Shown piece after piece: positions 11,089 through 20,458 of a stretch of 64,000 bases of DNA. The first letter of the stretch is position 1, and each line of letters begins with the position of its first letter. A model generated the notes under the pieces. That model was not told the DNA's origin and ran no database searches. It saw nothing but the letters and a program-made list of their open reading frames with translations. Made by a program: the position numbers and the translations under genes. This DNA comes from Ignavibacteria bacterium. Lineage in GTDB: Bacteria > Bacteroidota > Ignavibacteria > UBA10030 > SZUA-254. Location: positions 2,804 to 66,803 of the forward strand of contig JACOSX010000140.1 of assembly GCA_016178625.1 (NCBI GenBank), read 5' to 3'.

Positions 11089-12414
11089 CTAAAAACTTCC
11101 GCCACCGCCGCTAGATTTGTTAATCAGGTAATATACACCTGCCGCATCGGTAGTCGGTGATGTTGTACTACTTGCTGCGGTTGTCGTGATTGAGGAGCTG
11201 GCGGCGACAAGCGCTTCACCCCAGCCAATTAAGATAAGCTGTAGTGCCGGATCGGTTCCAAGGATACCGTGACCTGACACATGATTGAATTCCAACGCCA
11301 ACAACTGCTGGTTTAGAGCGTCGAGGTCAGTCTTAATGGGTCTGCTCAAAATATCAAGTGCTGCCTGAAGACCGTCGTCACTTCCGAGTTGGAATGGCTC
11401 AACGAGTAACAGACTTCGGATGCGGGACACGTAGACCAACAAGCTGTCTTTCGAAACAATGGCGTTGCCAGTTCCAGAGATGGCAGCCTGGAGCTGCTTC
11501 TTCCAAAAATTCGGAGTCGCGCCGTTAGTAAGGAGAACTCCGAACTTTAGGTCGTTAATGAGCTTGGACGATTTCGGTGCGAACCCAAAGTTATTTCCCG
11601 GAGAATCCGGTCCCACACTAACGGAGAGTGTTGTTGGAGTAGTCGCGCCAAGATATTTGGTCTGTGTCGATGCTACCGTCGTCGTATCAACCTTGATGAG
11701 ATAGCTACCGGCGGGGAGTGCTTCAAAGATATAGCTGCCACCCGTGTTTGTTGTCGTGCTGGTGAGGGGAACACTGAATGCATCGCACAGGGTGACGGTG
11801 GCATTCGCGATGCCCGTCTCAGATCCATCTCTGATTGCATTGCTGTTTCCGTCGGTGTACACGCTCCCAGAGATGTCAAAGACCCGAGCACATGCGCCAA
11901 TGATCTGACCGACCTGCGTTGCACCCAATGTCTTGATTGAGACTAGCACAATTCCTGCCCGAATATTGCCTGGGTAAGTGATTGAAAATGTGTTAGAAGT
12001 TGTAGATCCCGATCCGGTGCTAGGGTGCCATTCAATTCCGGGATTGATAAACGCATCGTTGTTGGATGTAACACCGTTATCAGGTGTAGCTGAGAGAAAT
12101 GCCGGAGCACACGCGGGTAGTTCGAGACGAAAATGCACGTCGTCCCCTGGACCCGTGACTGTGTACGTGAAGGTTGTCTGATTATTGACGAACGAACGAC
12201 TGTCGAAATGCACTTTGAATCCCGCGAGATTTACACTCTCTGGAAAGACAACACTCTGGAGGATCCTTCCGTCCTGCCTGGTGGTCTTTATGGGTCCTTT
12301 GGATGGGGTTGATTCCCTTGAAGAACTTTCAGCAGGATTCTTGGACTGTTCACAGCCAACAGTAAATAATCCTAGTGCGGCGATGAAGAGTGTTACATGC
12401 AAGAAGTGTTTCAT
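11089..12414 (-). CDS. Lipoprotein with Cna-B/SdrD-B-like (carboxypeptidase-regulatory-like) beta-sandwich domain
   Basis: Lipobox 'LFTVGC'. 'SGSVYTDGNSNAIRDGSETGIANATVTL...GSYIFEALPAGSYLIKV' matches the SdrD B-like fold pattern. Convergent with the receiver-PP2C gene. Confidence 0.5.
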   Translation of the reverse strand: MKHFLHVTLFIAALGLFTVGCEQSKNPAESSSRESTPSKGPIKTTRQDGRILQSVVFPESVNLAGFKVHFDSRSFVNNQTTFTYTVTGPGDDVHFRLELPACAPAFLSATPDNGVTSNNDAFINPGIEWHPSTGSGSTTSNTFSITYPGNIRAGIVLVSIKTLGATQVGQIIGACARVFDISGSVYTDGNSNAIRDGSETGIANATVTLCDAFSVPLTSTTTNTGGSYIFEALPAGSYLIKVDTTTVASTQTKYLGATTPTTLSVSVGPDSPGNNFGFAPKSSKLINDLKFGVLLTNGATPNFWKKQLQAAISGTGNAIVSKDSLLVYVSRIRSLLLVEPFQLGSDDGLQAALDILSRPIKTDLDALNQQLLALEFNHVSGHGILGTDPALQLILIGWGEALVAASSSITTTAASSTTSPTTDAAGVYYLINKSSGGGGSF

Positions 12415-12876
12415 TGATATATCTCCCTTCTATAAAACTAGTGAAAAAGGTAAGTGGATTAGCATTTCATTTTCGGCTTCATTAACAGTGTTGGAGTAGC
12501 AATCGCAGATGTTTGAATACGCTCATCGGAACTGAGCTAATCCCCCCCCTCGATCACCGCACGTCTATTGCGATCTTCTCATATCTCGGAATTCGGGATA
12601 CGTTCTACAACGTTCTTCATTGGTGAAATTTCCAAACGTCGATCGCATCGATTTGCCATGAGAGCTGTTGCGTCTTGTGGTGAAACGGTTAGATGATGAT
12701 TCCTCAGGAAGATACAAATTTAATCTTGAAATACAAACCCCTCATCGCGCATTTTTACCTATTTTATCCATTCTCAGTAAGTAGTTAAAAAGTATATCTC
12801 AATCGCCTCAATCAAAGAGCGTTGTGTCCCCAAAAGTGCGACTTGTATTTCCTCTGCAAATTCAGCACGTTACCCA

Positions 12877-12903
12877 CAACCATTTGCGAGAATCACAGTC
12901 TAA
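12877..12903 (+). promoter_or_regulatory. Candidate ECF-type promoter (CAACCAT-N15-TCTAA) upstream of ECF sigma gene 2
   Basis: Same heptamer and TCTAA pair as at 2809-2836, 33 nt before ATG 12937. Confidence 0.3.
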
Positions 12904-12936
12904 AGAGGTAGTTAAGAGAAACTAATCTCTTAGAGC

Positions 12937-13518
12937 ATGGTGTCAAGCGATCATGAATTGATTCAATACGCTCAGCACGGCGATGTGAGTGCCTTCGAAC
13001 AGCTTGTCTATCGTTACGATAAACAGGTGTTTGCCATTGCAGCGCGCTTTGGCAACTATGCCGACGATGCCAAAGATATTTATCAGGAAGTATTCCTGCG
13101 GGTGTTCCGAGGTATCAAGACGTTTCAGCAGAAGAGTGAATTTGCAACATGGCTCTATCGGATTACGACTAATGTTTGTCTCACGCACCAGACCCAACGC
13201 AAGAAATATCGTTATTCGTCGTTGAACCATGACGATGATCCGAAGCAAGAGTTGATAGATCCCGCCCTACATGAGCGCCCACATGAATCGTCGCCAGAAC
13301 AACACACGCTGGCATCAGACATTTCGTTCCATATTGAAGCAGCGCTTCGATCGCTTTCTCCTCAACAAAAGTTAGTGTTCACGTTGCGGCATTACCAGGG
13401 ATACAAATTGAAGGAGATCGCCACAATGATGGGCTGCGCAGAAGGAACAATTAAGCGTTATCTTTTTTCAGCAACGCAGCGGATGCGTGAACAACTGAAG
13501 GATATCTATGAAGCATAG
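12937..13518 (+). CDS. RNA polymerase ECF-subfamily sigma factor (paralog of 2868..3422)
   Basis: Shares 'FRxIKTFxxxxEFATWLYRIxTNV' with sigma 1. C-terminal region-4 HTH 'LKEIATMMGCAEGTIKRYL'. Confidence 0.85.
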   Translation: MVSSDHELIQYAQHGDVSAFEQLVYRYDKQVFAIAARFGNYADDAKDIYQEVFLRVFRGIKTFQQKSEFATWLYRITTNVCLTHQTQRKKYRYSSLNHDDDPKQELIDPALHERPHESSPEQHTLASDISFHIEAALRSLSPQQKLVFTLRHYQGYKLKEIATMMGCAEGTIKRYLFSATQRMREQLKDIYEA

Positions 13519-13554
13519 CAATAATCAGTGAACCATTGATTTTTGTGATGGAGG

Positions 13555-14505
13555 ATGACCATGAAACATGAACAATACAAAGAATGGCTACAACTTTCGC
13601 TCTATGATGAGCTAACACAGGATGAGCGACACACGCTCGATGATCATCTCAACTCGTGCGCGGAGTGTCGAGAGGAATTCGACTTCCTCAAGAAGTTTCA
13701 CGCTGTTCTCACACAGCACAAATCTGTTGATCTGCCCGAGCAGTTGCTCGTTGAGGCACGTTACCAATTGCGAGGGGCGCTGCGGATGCAGCAATCGAGG
13801 CGATCATTCTGGGATCCGGCGTTCGATGCGTTGCGTGAGGTAGTTCTTCCTCACTATAAGATTGTCTTCGGCGGAATTGCCCTGTTTGTACTTGGAATAG
13901 TGCTGGGGTATCTTCTCTTCAATCCATCATCCCGCAGAGCCGCTCAACTGGTGAAAGAAGAAAACCCCATCATCCAGAGCGACACGCGGATCACCAACGT
14001 CCGCTTTCTCAACACCGATATCGCAACCGGGCGGATTGAGTTTACCTTCGAGGCGGTGAAGCCGGTACGCATGAAGGGAAACATCAACGATGAATCAGTC
14101 CAGAAAATTTTAACGCACGCGCTTCTCACGGAACAGAACCCAGGCATCCGCTTGCAGTCCATTAATGCAATCGCCTCGCGAAAATCGCCGGATAAGGAGA
14201 TAAAATCGGCGCTGATTGCAGCGGTGAAAACGGACGAGAACCCGGGTGTTCGCAAAGAGGCGCTCAAAGCGTTGGAAAGGTATCCCATGGACGAGGAGAT
14301 CAAACACACTCTTCTCTTTGTCCTCACCCACGAACGGAATGCTGGACTTAGGATTGCGGCGATCAATTACCTCGACTCCACGAAAGTGGAAGGGCAAGCT
14401 TTGGATCAGGATGTGCTGAACGTGCTCAAAGAGAAAATGCAATCAGACGACAATAATTATATTCGCCTGCGTGCGAAGGCAGTTGTTGAGGAGGTCAGAC
14501 AATGA
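13555..14505 (+). CDS. Zinc-finger anti-sigma factor with C-terminal HEAT repeats (paralog of 3419..4228, fused to HEAT module)
   Basis: 'LYDELTQDERHTLDDHLNSCAECREEF' matches the anti-sigma 1 N-terminus. TM helix IVFGGIALFVLGIVLGYLLF. C-terminal HEAT-like repeats ('NPGIRLQSINAIAS', 'NPGVRKEALKALE', 'NAGLRIAAINYLD'). Confidence 0.7.
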   Translation: MTMKHEQYKEWLQLSLYDELTQDERHTLDDHLNSCAECREEFDFLKKFHAVLTQHKSVDLPEQLLVEARYQLRGALRMQQSRRSFWDPAFDALREVVLPHYKIVFGGIALFVLGIVLGYLLFNPSSRRAAQLVKEENPIIQSDTRITNVRFLNTDIATGRIEFTFEAVKPVRMKGNINDESVQKILTHALLTEQNPGIRLQSINAIASRKSPDKEIKSALIAAVKTDENPGVRKEALKALERYPMDEEIKHTLLFVLTHERNAGLRIAAINYLDSTKVEGQALDQDVLNVLKEKMQSDDNNYIRLRAKAVVEEVRQ

Positions 14506-15659
14506 AGATTGCTATTCGGCTGGCGCTCGCATTCGGCTTCGTTTTCTTTCTTGAGTCATTTATTGTACCGACAGATCAGGATGACCTCGTCCGAACAAAT
14601 TCGTTTGCTGTAAAAAAAGGCGGATTGCTGGATCTCTTAATCAATGCCGGTGAAGTTCATGTGATCCCATGGGAAAAGAGTGAAGTTTTTGTGAAAGTGC
14701 GCGGACTTGATGAGGAGGAATTCGACCGATTGGAGATGACATCGAACGGAAACACCGTCAAGATTAGAGGGGAATCCGACCGATGGTCCGGGGACACACG
14801 CGTGGAAGTCAGTGTGCCCTCTAGCTTTAGGGTGGACGTGAAAACAGGGTGTGGGAATATTGAGGTGAAGGGGCCACTCAGTGGAATTGTGAATGCGACG
14901 ACTTCGGCTGGCGATGTTCTAGTTGGTGATATAAGAGGAACCATTAGAGTTCGGACGGCCGGTGGCAATATTCAGATTGGTAATGTAGAAGGCGACATCG
15001 AACTTAGAACTGCGGGGGGGGATATTCTCGTTGGCACAGTCTCCGGTACAGCCGAAATCAGTACGTCCGGCGGGAACATTCAGATAGAAAGCGTAAAGAG
15101 GAGTCTCCAGGCGAAGTCCTCTGGGGGTGACGTGCGCGTGGGAGACGTCGGCGTTGGCGCCGAAATTGCCACTCTCGGGGGTAACGTCGTGCTTGGGAAG
15201 ATCGGCGGCGGGGCGACACTCACGACTGCCGGCGGCGATATCGATCTCCAGAGCGCGCACGGCGTTGTCACAACGTCGACAGGTGGAGGAAACATTCGTC
15301 TGGCAGATGTTGCAGGCTCGATCCTGGCTACCACGGGTGCCGGAGATGTTGACGCTGAGTTGATACCAACCGATCACGGCAGCACGATGATCGTGACAGG
15401 CAATGGTGTTATCCGCTTGTCTGTTCCCGAAGACGCCAAGGCGACGATCGAGGCGCGAATCCATGTCGACGATGCGTGGGACTACGATCGTGAATCGTTC
15501 CACATCCGATCGCAATTTCCATCGAAGGACTATCAGAAGTACCACGACAAGAAAGAAATCCGCGCAACGTACATCTTAAACAATGGCGGACAAAGAATCA
15601 AACTGGAGACGGCAAATGCTGACATCGAGATCAGAAAGTTGGTGTCACGCTCACGGTAG
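14502..15659 (+). CDS. DUF4097-family beta-strand-repeat protein (putative adhesin-like), coupled to the anti-sigma gene
   Basis: ATGA overlap with the upstream gene. Repeated 'GGNIQIG / GGDILVG / GGDVRVG / GGNVVLG' units typical of DUF4097. Contains a G8 homopolymer at 15014-15021. Confidence 0.75.
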   Translation: MKIAIRLALAFGFVFFLESFIVPTDQDDLVRTNSFAVKKGGLLDLLINAGEVHVIPWEKSEVFVKVRGLDEEEFDRLEMTSNGNTVKIRGESDRWSGDTRVEVSVPSSFRVDVKTGCGNIEVKGPLSGIVNATTSAGDVLVGDIRGTIRVRTAGGNIQIGNVEGDIELRTAGGDILVGTVSGTAEISTSGGNIQIESVKRSLQAKSSGGDVRVGDVGVGAEIATLGGNVVLGKIGGGATLTTAGGDIDLQSAHGVVTTSTGGGNIRLADVAGSILATTGAGDVDAELIPTDHGSTMIVTGNGVIRLSVPEDAKATIEARIHVDDAWDYDRESFHIRSQFPSKDYQKYHDKKEIRATYILNNGGQRIKLETANADIEIRKLVSRSR

Positions 15660-15821
15660 TTTGATGTTCGTAACCATTGCGTATCGGATGTAGGTTGCGG
15701 TGGCACAAGTGTGTATTACACTTGACTCTGATGATCGATTTCTGTACGTTTGAGTCGTAATTCTTGCCGTCAATTCAAACAGAACTATCTGTCTGACATG
15801 CTTACATCACTCGGAGGAACT

Positions 15822-17819
15822 ATGAAACATTCGCCCTATTTGGTTGCTCTAGTATGTGTCCTCTTCCTAAGTGTTCCCCAATTCTCCTTAGCCAATGGAA
15901 AAGATATCTTTTCCATTCTTCCCAAAGAACCCAAAGTTGGCGAAACCATCACCGTTACATACAACAGTGGTGTCGAAGATGCAAAACTCAAAGACGCGAA
16001 AGAAATGGACGTCCAGGTGCTCATTTACCGCGAGCACCTATACAATCCAGTTAACCAACCGTCGCTACTGGAAGCGTCGATGAAACGGGAAGGAAACATC
16101 TGGACGGGCACACTCACCTTAGATGACGCACGAGCGAAATATCTCATCTTCCGTTTCCGGTCGGAAGGTAAAAAGGATGATAACGATGGAAAGTGCTGGG
16201 ATGCGCTTGTGTACGATAAAGATGGTAAGCCCGTTGAAGGAGCTTACTTGATGCGAGGCACACATTACTCCGGTGGGGGGTACTTCATCTTCACGCAGTC
16301 CAAAGCCGTGAAAGACCTCGCGAAAGCAAAAGAGGACTTGGAGAAAGAACGAGAACTTTATCCAGAGAACTGGGTGGCCTCTGTGACGCTGTGGAATCTC
16401 ACGTCGCATGATGAAACTAACGAAGCGGTAAAGAACCTTCTCAGGACTGAGCTTGATCAGATATACGAAAAATTCAAAGACAATGAAGCAGCACTTGTTC
16501 CCATCTGCGCCGATTACGATCGAATCGGTGACAGCAGTAAGGCGCAGCAGATACGAGACCGAGTGATGTCGCGAAATCCAAAGGGTATCTTCGCCCAGCG
16601 GGTGCGATGGAGCTACATCTCGCGTGGCGAGAACTCTACGTCCCAGCGGATCGAAATGATGCAGAAGTACTTTGCCGATTTTCCGAACGTAGACCCAGAC
16701 GAACGCGAGAACAAACTCAACGATTTGTTATATGCTTACCTCGAGCAGAAGAACTACGACAAGACATTCGAGATCCTCAGCAAACTCAAGAAGCAGGATG
16801 GCATGACGTACAACAGCATTGCTTGGTCGCTCATCGAGAAGGGAGAGAATCTTGAGAAGGCAGTAGAGTGGGCAAAGCGAAGTGTCGAACTGAGCCGTAA
16901 TCCTGACCCTGCCTTACGACCACCATACTGGAGCGCGAAGGATTGGGAAAAGAATAAGGGCTACAATCTCGGCATGGTGCTGGACACGTATGGGTTCGGA
17001 CTTTTCCAGTTGGGAAACTCTAAAGAAGCTGAGGAGACCTACCGTGAAGCGTACGAACTCACGAAGGGTGGTGACGCCGACATCAATGCACGGTACGTCG
17101 AGTGTCTCGTCAAGAACGGAAAGTACGACAAGGCTATTGAGGTTGGGTTTGCTTGCGTAAAGAGTGGAAAGAACAACCCAAAGCTCCTCGACCACATGAA
17201 AAACGCGCTCGTGAAGTCGGAGGGTACGGCTCAAAGCTACGATGCGCTTACCTCCGATAAGAAAAAATCGTTCGAGGCCATGCTTGTTGAAACTGAAAAA
17301 TCCAGAGTCGAGGAGATGAAGAAGAAGCTCCTCGAGAACCGTACATCGAAACCCTCGGTTGATTTCATGCTCAACGATTTAGACAGCAAGCCCGTGACAC
17401 TTTCTGCACTGAAGGGCAAAGTCATTGTGATTGATTTCTGGGCGACATGGTGTGGACCATGCAAACAGTCGTTCCCGTACTTGCAGAAAGTCTATGAGAA
17501 GTATCAGACCAACGATAAGGTCGTCTTTCTTGCTGTCGATACGTGGGAACGTCTCAAAGATTACGCGTCAACGCTCGAGAACGCGAAAAAATTCATGAAG
17601 GAGAACAAGTACACCTTCCCAGTCGTGATCGACGTTTTGGAAGGGAAGAAAACAGTTGAAAGGTACGAAGTTGAAGGTATTCCCACGAAGTTCATCATCG
17701 ATAAGAAGGGAAACATCGCGTTCAAAGGCGTAGGATTCAGCGGACCGGATATGGTTGAGGAACTAACACAACAAATTGAGCTCTTGCTCGCTGAATCTCT
17801 TGGCTCACTCGGGCGATAA
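15822..17819 (+). CDS. TPR-repeat protein with C-terminal TlpA/ResA-like thioredoxin (thiol:disulfide oxidoreductase) domain
   Basis: GGAGG Shine-Dalgarno 5 nt before ATG 15822. Signal peptide. 'VIDFWATWCGPCKQSFPYL' redoxin CxxC motif. The track ORF begins at 15750. Confidence 0.8.
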   Translation: MKHSPYLVALVCVLFLSVPQFSLANGKDIFSILPKEPKVGETITVTYNSGVEDAKLKDAKEMDVQVLIYREHLYNPVNQPSLLEASMKREGNIWTGTLTLDDARAKYLIFRFRSEGKKDDNDGKCWDALVYDKDGKPVEGAYLMRGTHYSGGGYFIFTQSKAVKDLAKAKEDLEKERELYPENWVASVTLWNLTSHDETNEAVKNLLRTELDQIYEKFKDNEAALVPICADYDRIGDSSKAQQIRDRVMSRNPKGIFAQRVRWSYISRGENSTSQRIEMMQKYFADFPNVDPDERENKLNDLLYAYLEQKNYDKTFEILSKLKKQDGMTYNSIAWSLIEKGENLEKAVEWAKRSVELSRNPDPALRPPYWSAKDWEKNKGYNLGMVLDTYGFGLFQLGNSKEAEETYREAYELTKGGDADINARYVECLVKNGKYDKAIEVGFACVKSGKNNPKLLDHMKNALVKSEGTAQSYDALTSDKKKSFEAMLVETEKSRVEEMKKKLLENRTSKPSVDFMLNDLDSKPVTLSALKGKVIVIDFWATWCGPCKQSFPYLQKVYEKYQTNDKVVFLAVDTWERLKDYASTLENAKKFMKENKYTFPVVIDVLEGKKTVERYEVEGIPTKFIIDKKGNIAFKGVGFSGPDMVEELTQQIELLLAESLGSLGR

Positions 17820-17953
17820 GAACGTTCTCAATCTCAATTATCCACCGAGGCGGCGGCTGATAATTCAGTTGCCGCCAGTGTGTTTGTAAATCTCCCCGCT
17901 ATTTCTTATTTTCTACCCACCCAAAAAGAATCTCCCAAAAAAAATCCCGGAAC

Positions 17954-20404
17954 GTGAGATCAAGTCATCTTTTGTTTCTTCCATTTCTCTTGATGATGTA
18001 CCTCGTCAGTACATCCACCGCCGTTGCAGGTGACAGTCCTCGCACAGTCCGTGCCGTGCGGGTAAACACGCCACCACGAATTGATGGGGTGTTGAATGAC
18101 GAAGTCTGGAAGGTGGCAGAGCCGACGTCCGATTTCATCCAGAGAGATCCCGAAGAAGGGAAGCCTGCGTCTGAACGCTCAGAAATTCGGGTGTTGTATG
18201 ATGATGAGGCACTCTATTTCGGTTGCATGTATTACGACTCAGAACCGAACAAGATCGTTGCACGATTGACGCGCCGTGATAACGAGGTCGAATCTGATAG
18301 GGCATCTATACGTATCGATTCCTATCACGATCACCAAACGGGCTACGAGTTTACATTCAATGCCGCCGGTGTAAAAATAGACATCCTCCAGTATGATGAT
18401 GCAAATCGTGAAGATGATTCATGGGACCCTGTTTGGGATATCCAAACGAAACTCACCGATCAAGGTTGGGTTGCAGAAGTGAAGATACCATTTAGAATTC
18501 TCCATTATCGTCCGGCATCTCTCGATTCAGCAGATAACGTATGGGGAATTAATTTCTTGCGCTATATAAGCCGTAAGCAAGAATCCGAACGATGGGCGTT
18601 TACACCCAAAAGTCAGAGCGGGTTCATTTCCCGGTACGGACATCTGATCGGATTGCGTGATCTGCCCACACCGCGGCAATTCGAGGTGCTGCCCTTTATT
18701 ACCAGCAAAGAGAGCTACAATCCCGCTTCCACATATCAAATGAAGAGACAGGATTTTCTGAGCAATGCTGGCGTGGATTTGAAATACGGACTTTCCAGTA
18801 GTTTCACCCTCGATGCGACGGTCAATCCGGATTTCGGACAAGTGGAGGCTGATCCGGCAGTGCTCAACCTTAGTACGTTTGAGACATTCTATCCGGAAAA
18901 ACGACCGTTCTTTATTTAGGGAACGCAAATCATTCATTTCACCACATTCGGTGGAGAGTTCGGACCTGGGATGTTTTATTCCCGACGCATCGGTCGAGCT
19001 CTCAGCGAAGATGGGGTCAATGTTCCTCCGGGGGGGCGAGTCGAAGATATCCCGCAGCAGACAACCATCCTTGGGGCGGCAAAGTTGACTGGTCGGACCA
19101 ACGGTGGACTTTCTATCGGAGCCCTGCAAGCGTTCACACAAGAAGAGAAAGCAACGGTGGTCGACTCTCAAGGAAATACGAGCGTGCAAATGCTCGAACC
19201 GCGCGCTCATTACAATATTATTCGCCTGAAGCAAGATATTCTCAATAATTCTAATGTTGGAATGATTGTTACGTCTGTTGCAAAAGACTCACGGTACCCT
19301 GCATTCACAAATGCCTACGACTGGAATTTGAAGTTTGATCAGAACACGTATCTGTTGAATGGTTTTCTGGCGTTCTCGCACACGACAGGTGAAAACAGTG
19401 ACCGCATCAGCGGGTCGGCTGGAAAAATGGAATATTCAAAGATTGCAGGAGAGCATTGGCTATGGTCACTAAGTGCCGATTTTACATCTCCTCACTATAA
19501 CATTAACGACGCCGGGTTTTTCTTCAGTCCGAATGATTTTGGGAGCGTACTTTTCCTGAATTACAAAGAGGATGTCCCCTCGAACGTAGTGAGGAATTAT
19601 AATTTGGGAGTATTTTTTCACGTGAGGCAGAATTTTGATGAGGTGAATATCTTTCGCCAAGCACAATTTAACGGACTACTACTTTTTTCCAACTACTGGA
19701 GGATGACTGGGAGCGCAGAAGCCGATATTGGTTTGTATGATCAGCGAGAGACAAGGGGTCATGGATTATACAGAAGACCCCGCTCGTATCAAACGAGCAC
19801 GTATCTTTTTTCGGATGAACGAAATCCGTTGGTCATCAAAGTAGGACAACGATTTGGGCGGGACAGTATGATCAAACGGGAGTGGGCGACGGAAGCAGGT
19901 ATCACGATGAAACCTTTGTCATGGATGGAATGGGAAATTGAGTATCAATATCAGCAAGTCCGGAATCAGGAAGCGTGGATAGACACAATTCTTGTCAGTG
20001 GTGCCACGAGCAACATCTTTGGAGATCGGAGTACAGATCAATCAAACTTCATTCTCAGGAGTACAATTACGTTCACTCGCGAGTTGACCCTTCAGTTGTA
20101 TGGTCAAGTATTTCTGGCGAAGGGTCATTATACCAATCTTCGGCAACTTGTTGGCACTTCTGATTTTGTTCCACCTGATCACTACGGTGGTGATCCCGAT
20201 TTCAATAGACGATCTCTGAACACGAATGTAGTGTTGCGATGGGAGTATTTTCCTGGCTCAACACTTTTCCTTGTCTGGTCTCAAGCACGAATTGAGAGAA
20301 ACGGAGATTACTTTACCAGTTTCCGGGATGATATAGGGGACACGTTTCAGATTGCCCCCTCGAATGTTCTTCTCTTGAAAGTTAGTTACTGGTTAAGTCT
20401 GTAA
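17954..20404 (+). pseudogene. DUF5916/CBM9-like paralog interrupted by an in-frame TAG (18917-18919); otherwise full-length
   Basis: Track ORFs 17954..18919 and 18971..20404 are in the same frame. Aligns with 173..2638: 'YPEKRPFFLEGARLF' there versus 'YPEKRPFFI*GTQIIHF' here, so a Glu codon (GAG) became TAG. Confidence 0.7.
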
Positions 20405-20410
20405 AAGAAA

Positions 20411-20440
20411 AAGGCGACCAGTAACATCATCAGTCGCCTT
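20411..20440. terminator. Hairpin terminator between convergent genes (AAGGCGAC-14nt-GTCGCCTT)
   Basis: Perfect 8-bp stem. On the minus strand it is followed by TTTTTCTTTT, making it an intrinsic terminator for 20459..21694. It lies 6 nt after the stop of the plus-strand gene. Confidence 0.5.
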
Positions 20441-20458
20441 CTTCATCATCAGCCTCGT

